DNA from: Candidatus Dormiibacterota bacterium
GTDB taxonomy: Bacteria > Chloroflexota > Dormibacteria > Aeolococcales > Aeolococcaceae
NCBI GenBank assembly: GCA_963697085.1
Contig: CAVOMR010000002.1
Location: forward strand, 145,913 to 209,912
Reading direction: 5' to 3'
Length of the DNA: 64,000 nt
Under the pieces are notes generated by a model. That model was not told the DNA's origin. It did no database searches and saw only the letters and a list, made by a program, of their open reading frames with translations. Each line of letters opens with the position of its first letter. Position 1 is the first letter of the stretch. Below, piece by piece: positions 49,391-57,631 of the stretch. The translations under genes were made by a program, and so were the position numbers.

Positions 49391-50896
49391 CTACCCGATG
49401 GGCAACATCAAGACGACGAGCGTGCCACGGCCGGGCTCGGAGTCGATCGTGAGCGTGCCGCCGGCCTCTTCGGCGAGGTCGACGATCGCTGACGTGCCAA
49501 GGTGATTCTCCGAGCGGCGGCGGGCGACATCCTCCGGCGTGAAGCCCCTGCCGTCGTCCTCGATGCTGAGGATCGCCGAGCCATCCTCGGTGACCAGCTC
49601 CACCTTCACGTTCTTCGCCTGCGCATGCGCCGCGACGTTGCGAAGCACCTCCTGGGCAACGCGGAAGATCAGCGCGGCGCGGTCCTTGCGCAACCGGAGG
49701 TTCGGAGGAAGGTCGAGGTATGTGTTGGTGCCCTTGCGCTTGATGTCGCGGAGCACCTCGAGAAGCGCAGCCTGGAGTCCTTCCCGTCGAAGTGTCGGCG
49801 GCGCGAGGTCGATGATCAGCGTTCTCAGATCCTTCATAGCGCCTCGCGTCTCCGTCGCCGACCGCTCGAGGAGCTCGAGCAGTTCCCCGTTGCCGTTCAT
49901 CCCGTCCGGATGCGTCTTCAGGCGCGATGCCTCAGCGGAGAGCTCGAGAGCCAGGCCGGCGAGGTTCTGGACGACACCGTCATGAAGATCGCCTGCGATC
50001 TTGGTGCGCTCCTTCTCGGAAGCCTCGGCCTCCTTGATCAGCAGCTCCTCGCGTTCCTTCTGATGGGCGATGCGCTCGACCTCGATCGCATGCGACTTGT
50101 TCGCAAAGATGATCAGGTAGATGTGGAGAACGATGATCGGTGAAAGCAGCGCCAGGAATCCGACCGTTTGCTTTGTCGCCATCACGACAAACGCGAAGGC
50201 GGCGAAGCCATAGGCGATGCTGTACGGCATGACGCTGAGACGTGGTCGCAGTGCGCGCGCGATCGATATCTTGGAATCCGACAGGTGCACCACCACCGCG
50301 ACGAACCCCGAGTTCACCGCGAAGTGGACGAATCCTGCGGCCAGCCCCGCAAGGAGCGGTCGCCAGGTCCCTTCCACCTGTAACCCCTTCGCCGTCTCCC
50401 CGCCATTGATCGCGATGAAGACGGCCCATGCGGCCACGTTGGCGAGGAAGTGATTCGACATGTTGAAAAACGTGCGAACCCATCCGTTCCGGTTGCGGAT
50501 GCTGACGCCGGTGGACTCGGCGACCGCTCCCACCGCAGCACCCACAGGCCCGAAGACGACTGACAGGCCAAGGTGCACGAAGGTGGTCGGGACCCAGGAG
50601 ATGTTGATCATCCGGATCGCGTACACGGACATCAGGAAGATCGCCAGACCGCCGACCGCGAGCGTCGCGGGATCCAGCGGCACTCTCACCGTGAATGCGG
50701 TGACCACCGCTGCGCACGCCGCAGTGAAGTACGTCCCGACGACGTAGGTGATCAACTCCGGCGTGTAGACAACGGGCCCGAGCGCGGGCGGCGTCGGCAG
50801 GAGGTTGTTGAGACGGCGAACCTGCGTCCACACTGCATGCGTCCACGAACGCGAGGGTTCCTCTCTCACATTCGGCGCGACGGCATCCTGCGCCAT
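49391..50896 (-). CDS. HisKA_3 sensor histidine kinase with multi-TM (MASE-like) input domain
   Basis: About 7-8 TM N-terminus; ERTKIAGDLHDGVVQ H-box, QEVLRNV N-box, DDGRGF, DSEPGRGT. Confidence 0.92.
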   Translation of the reverse strand: MAQDAVAPNVREEPSRSWTHAVWTQVRRLNNLLPTPPALGPVVYTPELITYVVGTYFTAACAAVVTAFTVRVPLDPATLAVGGLAIFLMSVYAIRMINISWVPTTFVHLGLSVVFGPVGAAVGAVAESTGVSIRNRNGWVRTFFNMSNHFLANVAAWAVFIAINGGETAKGLQVEGTWRPLLAGLAAGFVHFAVNSGFVAVVVHLSDSKISIARALRPRLSVMPYSIAYGFAAFAFVVMATKQTVGFLALLSPIIVLHIYLIIFANKSHAIEVERIAHQKEREELLIKEAEASEKERTKIAGDLHDGVVQNLAGLALELSAEASRLKTHPDGMNGNGELLELLERSATETRGAMKDLRTLIIDLAPPTLRREGLQAALLEVLRDIKRKGTNTYLDLPPNLRLRKDRAALIFRVAQEVLRNVAAHAQAKNVKVELVTEDGSAILSIEDDGRGFTPEDVARRRSENHLGTSAIVDLAEEAGGTLTIDSEPGRGTLVVLMLPIG

Positions 50897-51186
50897 GCGA
50901 CCGATCCTATGCCGCGTGGCGAGAACGAAGCGTTCTGCGTGACAGGATTGTCAGCGACAGCATGACAAAAGCCCTTTGCCTGCTTGCGTTTGACGCGTTA
51001 GAGACAATCATTGCATCAATCGCGTCAGAGAACGAAACGCGTCACTTTCAGCGAAGAAATGTGAATGCGTATTCAGCACGATGGTCTTAAGCCTTGAAAT
51101 GCGCAGCAGCGTTACAGTACGCGCAACAGCAACCGCACTGTGGGTTGGGTCTCAAGCTACCCACGGCGCATTTAAGGAGTACACCA

Positions 51187-51219
51187 ATGGCAAGTTGGGG
51201 CGACGGCGACAACTGGTAA
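51187..51219 (+). CDS. Micro-peptide ORF 1: MASWGDGDNW (10 aa)
   Basis: TAAGGAG SD at 51173-51179, 7 nt before ATG; TAA stop; hairpin follows; shares a motif with micro-ORF 2. Confidence 0.65.
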   Translation: MASWGDGDNW

Positions 51220-51229
51220 CTAGTCGTAT

Positions 51230-51253
51230 CCGGGCTTCACTGTAGAGGCCCGG
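51230..51253 (+). terminator. Hairpin after micro-ORF 1
   Basis: CCGGGCTTC-actgta-GAGGCCCGG; no U-tract. Confidence 0.5.
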
Positions 51254-51465
51254 TGTGACGAAGCTTTGGATGATTTCGTGACGACCCGATAGCGGGTCGA
51301 TCGCGTCATTGTCACGGAGGGGCCGGGTCATTCTGGCCGCCGGGTGCGCAACCTGCGCATTCGGCTCCGGTTTGGCGGGCACGCGCGGGCGCATTTTCGG
51401 CTCCGTTCTGACGGGTGTGCGCGTACGCTTGACGACGCACACCAACTCTCCTGGAGGAGCTGACG

Positions 51466-52680
51466 CTGATCCCTTCGGCGGACGCGCCCTCGGCACCCAG
51501 AACGCACGGAGTAGCTTCAAACGAAGCTCTCCGGCTGCTCATCGGGTCGGGCACATCCTCATACGGCGACTGGCTCACGACGGTGGCGTTGCTCGTTCTG
51601 CTGTTTCGGCTGACGGGCTCCTCCGTCGGGCCGGCCGTGTACATGCTCGCGCGTGTCGCACCGAAGGTCGTGGGCCCGTTTCCGGGCGGCGCCCTCGCCG
51701 ATCGGTTCGGGCCCGCCCGCGTTGCCGCGACCTGCGCGTGCGCGCAGGCGATCCTCACCGCGTCGATCGTCGTGTTCGCCGACAACCGCGCAATCTGGCC
51801 GATCTACATCGCGGTGGCGCTCGCGCAGCTCTTCGGCTCGGCGGCGCAGCCCTGCTACAGCGCCCTCATCCCCCGCGTCACGTCCCCTGAGAGCCTCGGA
51901 CGCGTCCAAGGGATCTACTCGGCGCTGAGCAACTCGAGCATCCTCGTCTCGCCGGCGTTTGGAGCGCTGGTCCTGCCGTTCACGACTCCCCAGGTGCTCA
52001 TCGGCTTCGATGCGGCGACGTTCGTCGTTGCCGCGGTGATGATCGGCACCCTCACCGGCGTCAGCGGGGGAAGCTCCGAGCCACTGTCCGCCCGTGGGAT
52101 GTCGGCGGGGATCCCCGTGGTGCTCGGCGACCCGATGCTCCGTTTCCTCACCGCTGCGTACGTGTCGAACGCGGCTGCGGTCACCGCCCTGCAGGCCGTG
52201 CTCGTCGTCGCCGCAGCCCAGCGCTTCGGGCACGACACCGCGGTCGGATGGCTGTACGCCGCGGTCGGCGCCGGCTCCTTGCTCGGCACGCTCCCGGTGA
52301 TCCGCAGGACACCCCGGCGCGTGAACACACTCCCGATCGTGGCGGCCACGGCCGTCGAGCTCGTCCCCCTCGCGCTCTTCGTCTTCATCGGAGTCCTCCC
52401 GATCGCGGTCGCGCTGCTCTTCGTGAGCGGTCTCGGGGCGGCCCTCTACCAGACCCGCGGCGTGATCGGCCTGCAGCAGCGCGTGCCGCAGCAGTTGCTC
52501 GGCCGGACCATGGCGGTCATCCGGTCCGCACAGTACCTCGGGATGCTCGCCGGGGCCCTTGCGGCAGTGGTCATCGTCCAGCCGCTCGGCTGGGAGGCCA
52601 CCGTCCTCATCGTCTGCGCGCTCGGGGCGACGCTGCTCTTCTTCACCGCGGTCACCGAGGGACGCGGCACCCAGGGCTGA
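51466..52680 (+). CDS. MFS transporter (DHA3/MefA-like exporter), probable CTG start
   Basis: 12-TM pattern, SSYGDWL in TM1, motif A GALADRFGPARV. TM1 lies upstream of the first GTG. GGAGG at 51453-51457 precedes an in-frame CTG. Confidence 0.85.
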   Translation: MIPSADAPSAPRTHGVASNEALRLLIGSGTSSYGDWLTTVALLVLLFRLTGSSVGPAVYMLARVAPKVVGPFPGGALADRFGPARVAATCACAQAILTASIVVFADNRAIWPIYIAVALAQLFGSAAQPCYSALIPRVTSPESLGRVQGIYSALSNSSILVSPAFGALVLPFTTPQVLIGFDAATFVVAAVMIGTLTGVSGGSSEPLSARGMSAGIPVVLGDPMLRFLTAAYVSNAAAVTALQAVLVVAAAQRFGHDTAVGWLYAAVGAGSLLGTLPVIRRTPRRVNTLPIVAATAVELVPLALFVFIGVLPIAVALLFVSGLGAALYQTRGVIGLQQRVPQQLLGRTMAVIRSAQYLGMLAGALAAVVIVQPLGWEATVLIVCALGATLLFFTAVTEGRGTQG

Positions 52681-52876
52681 GCTCGCCACGGTACCCTTCC
52701 GGTGGCGGCAAAGCTGCGTATCGATCCGCAAAGAGTTATGAATTTTCAGCCGATCTTTGTAAACCTGGTACCTGGCGTGCCTGGCGCGGGAGCGCGGCGA
52801 GCCGCATCGTCTGCGAGGCCAGTCTCGGCACAGATACACCGAGGCTACCCGGTGCCGGCGGAACATGGAGGCAGAG

Positions 52877-52903
52877 ATGGCGGACGGCGTTCAGTGGGGC
52901 TGA
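52877..52903 (+). CDS. Micro-peptide ORF 2: MADGVQWG (8 aa; an in-frame ATG at 52865 would give MEAEMADGVQWG)
   Basis: GGAGG SD at 52867-52871, 5 nt before ATG; TGA stop; hairpins follow. Confidence 0.6.
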   Translation: MADGVQWG

Positions 52904-52919
52904 GCCCGACTTCCTAGGC

Positions 52920-52992
52920 ACCCGAGCGAGGCTCGGGTTATGTGAACCCGTTGGCGCGACGTCGCGGATAACCCGGCGTCGCGTTCCTTTTC
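52920..52992 (+). terminator. Two hairpins after micro-ORF 2; the second is terminator-like
   Basis: ACCCGAGC-gag-GCTCGGGT (52920-52938). GCGCGACGTCG/CGGCGTCGCGT (52954-52984) followed by TCCTTTTCT. Confidence 0.55.
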
Positions 52993-53015
52993 TCGCTCTG
53001 GGTTAGGGAGCACAT

Positions 53016-54357
53016 ATGCCGATCGACACCGCACGGTTCTCCCCCAGAGCCGCGACCGTCCGGCCACAGGCCGACCGGTCCGCGCGTCTGCTGCTGGCCG
53101 CCGGTGTTTCCACCTACGGCGACTGGCTGACGGTCGTCGCGCTTGCCGTGCTCCTCTTCCGTCTCACGCACGAGCCCGAGGCGCCGGCGCTCTACGTGCT
53201 CTTCAAGGTCGCCCCGCGCGTGCTCGGGCCGGCTCCCGGCGGCTACCTCGCCGACCGCTTCGGTCCAGGCCGCGTCGCCGGGTGGAGCGCGCTGGCGCAG
53301 GGCCTGCTGACAGGCGCCATCGTGGCCGCCGCGGCTGCCGGCGCTGTCTGGGCGATCTTCGCCGCCGTCGCGATAGCCCAATTCCTCGGGTCGATGGGGC
53401 AACCCGGGTACAGCGCAGCCATTCCCCGCGTCACACGCCCCGACCGCCTCCTGCGCGTCAACGCGATCTACAGCGGCCTCTTCGAGTTCGAGCGTGCTCG
53501 CGGCGCCGGCGATCGGCGCGCTCCTGCTCGCGGTGATGCAACCACAGACGTTGATCGCGTTCGACGCCGCGTCCTTCGCCGTGGCGGGCGTGCTCATGTT
53601 CTCGCTCCGGGTCGGCCCCGCCCCGCGGAGGTTCACCGCGGCATCGCGCTCGGCATCGGCGGCGGCCTTCGTGTTCCGCGATCCCATGCTCCGCTCCCTC
53701 GCCGCATCATTCTTCTGCAGCGCGGCGCTGGTCACGGCCCTCCAGGGAGTCCTCGTCGTCGCTGCGGCCGAGCGTTTCGGCCAGGACACGAACGTCGGGT
53801 TTCTGTACGCGGCGGTGGGCGCGGGAGGCGTTGCCGGGAGCCTGGTCCTGCTCCGCTGGAGGCCGCCGCCGATCAGCGCCCGGGGGATCGCGATCGCGTT
53901 CGTGCTCGAGAACGTCCCGCTCGGCCTCTTCGCAGTGGTCGGCGGCCTGGTGCCCGCGCTCGCCCTGCTGGCGTTCAGCACGGCGGTCGGAGCGCTCTAT
54001 CAGACCAGGGGGCAGACGGCGCTCCAGCAACGCGTTCCTGCGGAGATCCTCGGCCGGGTCAACGGCGTGATGCGCCTGCTCCTCTACACGGGCATGCTCG
54101 TGGGGGCGGTAGTCGCGGTCGCGCTGGTCGACGAGCTCGGCTGGAGCACGCTCATCGCCGGCACCGCCATCGCGGCGATCGCGCTCTACGCGGTCCTCCT
54201 GCTCACGTTGCAGCTCGTGGTCCGGAGTCCCGACGAGGTCTCGCTCGCCGGCACCCCGTTGCCGCAGTTCTCGGATCACGCCGCGCCCGCCTCACGGGCC
54301 CCGTTTTCGATCGGAAGGCCGGCCGAGCTGCCCCACTCGCTCCAGGATCAGTCGTAG
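53016..54357 (+). CDS. MFS transporter, paralog of 51466-52680, with one +1 frameshift
   Basis: STYGDWL, GYLADRFGPGRV, DPMLR, LYAAVGAG and ALYQTRG shared with the paralog. Removing one T at about 53487 restores FESSVLAAP. Confidence 0.85.
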
Positions 54358-54361
54358 GCGC

Positions 54362-55054
54362 TCATCCGGCTCTTCGACCAAGGAGATAGCCTCGCGTCGT
54401 CTGCACCTCGACGTCGGGATACGGCGCACGGACGGTGCGAGCCTCGATTCGGAAGCCGGCGACCTCGAGCAGCGAGACCAGGTGCTCCATCTCGAAGAAG
54501 CGGAAATCCATGTCCACCGGCACGCCGAGCATGTCGTCCGCATGGACGGTCGAATCGCCGTGCTCGCCGAGGTGCACCCCCACAAGCAGCAGCCCTCCGT
54601 CCTCGAGCACGCGATGGAACTCGCCCAGTGCCACGCGCAGCTCCGCGTCACCGACGAGGTGGATGATCGAGAAGAAGGCGGCGATCCCGGCGAAGCGCCC
54701 GTCCGCAACACCGAGCTCCGTCATCGTCCCGACCTCGAACGTCATGTCGGGATGAAGGCCTCGCGCCCGCTCGATCATCGCCGGGGACAGATCGATGCCG
54801 GTGACGCGCAGTCCCGTGCGCGCGAGGAACGCGCCGACATGACCCGGGCCGCATCCCATGTCGCACACGGCTGCGCTCACGCCGAACTCGCCGGCGACCT
54901 GCTCGGCGAACGCCGTCAGCAGGCCGCGGTCGAGCGGCTTGTCGCGCAGCTCGTCGTGGACGCGCTCCGTGTACGCGGCCGCGACGGCGTCGTAGCTCAC
55001 GCGCACCTGCTCCTGGTCCTGCGGTTCGCGCTGCTCGGGAGGGAGGTCGCTCAT
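54362..55054 (-). CDS. Class I SAM-dependent methyltransferase
   Basis: SYDAVA..Y, DMGCGPG, GIDLSPAMI, FHRVL..GG. Confidence 0.88.
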   Translation of the reverse strand: MSDLPPEQREPQDQEQVRVSYDAVAAAYTERVHDELRDKPLDRGLLTAFAEQVAGEFGVSAAVCDMGCGPGHVGAFLARTGLRVTGIDLSPAMIERARGLHPDMTFEVGTMTELGVADGRFAGIAAFFSIIHLVGDAELRVALGEFHRVLEDGGLLLVGVHLGEHGDSTVHADDMLGVPVDMDFRFFEMEHLVSLLEVAGFRIEARTVRAPYPDVEVQTTRGYLLGRRAG

Positions 55055-55101
55055 GCCAATGCTCCGGACCCGCATGCGACGCCTGCTATGTTCGCCACGC
55101 C

Positions 55102-55476
55102 ATGCAGCGTAAAACGGTGCTCGCCGCAGCCGCAGCCGACGCACTATCGCTCGCGCTCTTCGTGGCGCTCGGCCGAGAGAGCCACGACATCGACTCCGGC
55201 ATCACGTGGTATCTCACCGTGCTCTGGCCGTTCATGCTCGGCTGGTTCGCCGCCGCGGCGAGCTTGCGTCTCTACGTGACGTGGCCGAATCGGTGGATCC
55301 TCCTCGCGTCGACCTGGGTTGGCGGCGTCGCGATGGCGATGGTGTTGCGCGCGGTCGTCACCGGTCGCGCGACGCCGGTTGCGTTCGTGATCGTCGCCTA
55401 CGCATTCACCGGGCTCCTGGTCTTCGGCTGGAGGCTCGCGGTGCGCGGCGTCACGCTCCTGCGCCATCGCGCCTGA
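55102..55476 (+). CDS. DUF3054 membrane protein
   Basis: D...FVALGRESH, WPF, GWR motifs; 4 TM. Confidence 0.8.
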   Translation: MQRKTVLAAAAADALSLALFVALGRESHDIDSGITWYLTVLWPFMLGWFAAAASLRLYVTWPNRWILLASTWVGGVAMAMVLRAVVTGRATPVAFVIVAYAFTGLLVFGWRLAVRGVTLLRHRA

Positions 55477-55478
55477 CC

Positions 55479-56363
55479 TCAGCTGATGACGCGCTTGCGG
55501 AAGTTGCGGGTCCCGACCCAGAGAAAGAACGCGCAGAAGCCGAGCAGGACCGGGTAGACGATCCAGAGCGACATGTGCGGCGCCGACGTGAGCGCGCCGC
55601 GCATCCCCTCGTTGATGTAGATCAAGGGGTTGACGAGCACGAGCACCTGCAGCCAGTGGAAGCTGCCGATCGTCACGGGCGCAAGCGTCGTCCACGAGTA
55701 GTACGTGCCGCCGAGGAACGTGATCGGCAGGATGATGATCCCGAAGAGCAGCGGGACCGTGCGCGGGTCGAAGATCGTTCCGAAGGTGAGCCCGAGCGCC
55801 GACGTGGTGATGCACGCGAGCGGGATCAAGGTGATCAACTCGAACCAGTGCACCTGCAGGTTGAGGTGCACGCCGCCCGCATGCACCACCGCCGCGATCG
55901 GAAAGACGATCGCCGCGGCGATCAGACCCTGGATGGCGCCGAAGAGCACCTTCTCGATCGCGACCAGCGACACCGGCAGCGGCGCGAGCACGCGGTCCTC
56001 GATCTCCTTCGTGTAGCCGAACTCCTGGACCATCGGCAGCGCGACCGCCTGGATCCCCTGGAACATCACGGAGAGGCCGACGACGCCGGCGACGAGGATC
56101 GTGGCGAACGCCAACTCCCCCGCCGCGCCATGCCCACCGCCGACACCCTGGCCGATCGTCGGAAAGACGTACAGGAAGACGAAGCAGAGCAGGAACGGCT
56201 GGACGATCGTGCGCGGGATGAATTCGCGCAGCCGCTTCTTGAGCACCACGAGGTCTCGCAGCAGCAGCGCGCCGAGGGCGATGCGCGACGACGCGGTCGA
56301 CGAGCGCAGCGGCGTGAGACTCGCGGACGACGCCACCTTCGTCTCCACGGCGACAGTCGTCAT
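55479..56363 (-). CDS. ABC-2 type exporter permease
   Basis: 6 TM, EIEDRVLAPLP, NPLIYINEGMR. Confidence 0.9.
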   Translation of the reverse strand: MTTVAVETKVASSASLTPLRSSTASSRIALGALLLRDLVVLKKRLREFIPRTIVQPFLLCFVFLYVFPTIGQGVGGGHGAAGELAFATILVAGVVGLSVMFQGIQAVALPMVQEFGYTKEIEDRVLAPLPVSLVAIEKVLFGAIQGLIAAAIVFPIAAVVHAGGVHLNLQVHWFELITLIPLACITTSALGLTFGTIFDPRTVPLLFGIIILPITFLGGTYYSWTTLAPVTIGSFHWLQVLVLVNPLIYINEGMRGALTSAPHMSLWIVYPVLLGFCAFFLWVGTRNFRKRVIS

Positions 56364-57355
56364 TCGCGCAACTCCTTGCCGGTGAGGTTGATGAACACAG
56401 TCTCGAGATCCGGATGGGCCACCTGGATGTCGCGGATGACGTGACCGCCGGCGTCGGCGCAGTCGATGACCCTGATCAGAATGCGATCACCGCCGCGCAC
56501 CGCGAGCCGCACGGTCCCCTTGCGCACCGTCGACGACTCCACGCCGGGCACGTCGCGGAGCAGACGCGCGGCGAGTGCTTCGAGATCCCCCTCCGCGGTG
56601 ACGGTCACGATCGTGTCGGCCCCGATCGTCGACTTGAGGCGGGCAGGCGTGTCCAGGGCAAGGATCGCGCCGTGGTCCATGATCCCGATGCGATCGCAGA
56701 GGCTATCGGCCTCGTCCATGTTGTGCGTGGTCAGCAGCACCGTCTGGCCGCCGGTGTGGAGCTCGCCGAGGATCTCCCAGAGCGCGATCCGGCTCTGCGG
56801 GTCGAGTTCCGCGGTCGGCTCGTCGAGGAAGAGCACGGCCGGGTTGTGCAGGATTGCCCGGGCAACCATGAGGCGCTGCGCGAGGCCGCCGGAGAGCGCC
56901 ATGATCGGAGCCTTGGCACGCTCGGTGAGCCGGAACTTCACGAGCATCTCGTCCGCTGCCGCCCGCGACGCGCGTGCGCCCATCCCGAAGAAACGCCCGT
57001 GAAAGTAGAGGTTCTCCCAGACCGTCAGCGCGCGATCGAGGGTGTTGGTCTGCGCGACGACGCCGATGAGCTGCTTGGCGATCGCGGGATGCTTCACCAC
57101 GTCGACGTCACCGACGAAGGCCTGCCCGTGCGTCGGGATGGTCCGCGTGGTGAGCATGCTCGCCGTGGTGGTCTTGCCGGCGCCGTTCGGGCCGAGGAGC
57201 CCGAAGATCTCGCCCTGATGGACGGTGAGGTTGAGAGTGTCCACCGCCCGCACGGTGCCCGTGTAGATCTTCGTGAGGTCGATCGTCCGGATGACCGCGG
57301 TGCGGTCACCGGCGGCCGCCGCGGTCACCGGCTCGGCGGGAAGTGTTGCTGTCAA
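56360..57355 (-). CDS. ABC exporter ATP-binding protein (DrrA-like)
   Basis: GPNGAGKTT, LSGG, FLDEPT, TTH; TTG start after AGGAG. Confidence 0.9.
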   Translation of the reverse strand: MTATLPAEPVTAAAAGDRTAVIRTIDLTKIYTGTVRAVDTLNLTVHQGEIFGLLGPNGAGKTTTASMLTTRTIPTHGQAFVGDVDVVKHPAIAKQLIGVVAQTNTLDRALTVWENLYFHGRFFGMGARASRAAADEMLVKFRLTERAKAPIMALSGGLAQRLMVARAILHNPAVLFLDEPTAELDPQSRIALWEILGELHTGGQTVLLTTHNMDEADSLCDRIGIMDHGAILALDTPARLKSTIGADTIVTVTAEGDLEALAARLLRDVPGVESSTVRKGTVRLAVRGGDRILIRVIDCADAGGHVIRDIQVAHPDLETVFINLTGKELRE

Positions 57356-57377
57356 TCTCACTCCTGGTGATGCAGCC

Positions 57378-57581
57378 ATGCCGGCTGCGGCGCGAACCCA
57401 CGATACATACACTGTCTTCGTGGCCGGCGTGATTCTGTTGATCGTCCTCGGGCTCGGCGCCGGAGCGCTGATCTGGTGGGGCGTGTCGCTCCCGCCCACC
57501 AGGCCACGCCCCGACAGCCGTTACCGGGGCAAGGTCTACATGGAGGTCGACCGCAAGGTCAAACGCACGAAGCGCGACTGA
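57378..57581 (+). CDS. Small single-TM protein (start uncertain)
   Basis: Hydrophobic stretch then basic tail; fills the gap before the SARP gene. Confidence 0.45.
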   Translation: MPAAARTHDTYTVFVAGVILLIVLGLGAGALIWWGVSLPPTRPRPDSRYRGKVYMEVDRKVKRTKRD

Positions 57582-57631
57582 CAAGTCCGGGCGCGCCCGT
57601 GGCCAGTGGTACGCCCACGTAGGATTGCAGC

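Noticed and set aside
51152-51890. ORF-track ORFs of 120-190 aa spanning the kinase-MFS intergenic region
   Set aside because: No SD or protein-like features; they overlap hairpins, micro-ORF 1 and the true MFS frame.
51187-52903. Micro-ORFs as RiPP precursors (e.g. darobactin- or lasso-like Trp peptides)
   Set aside because: No leader region and no radical SAM, P450, cyclase or peptidase gene adjacent. The methyltransferase at 54362 is convergent and generic. Modification in trans cannot be excluded.
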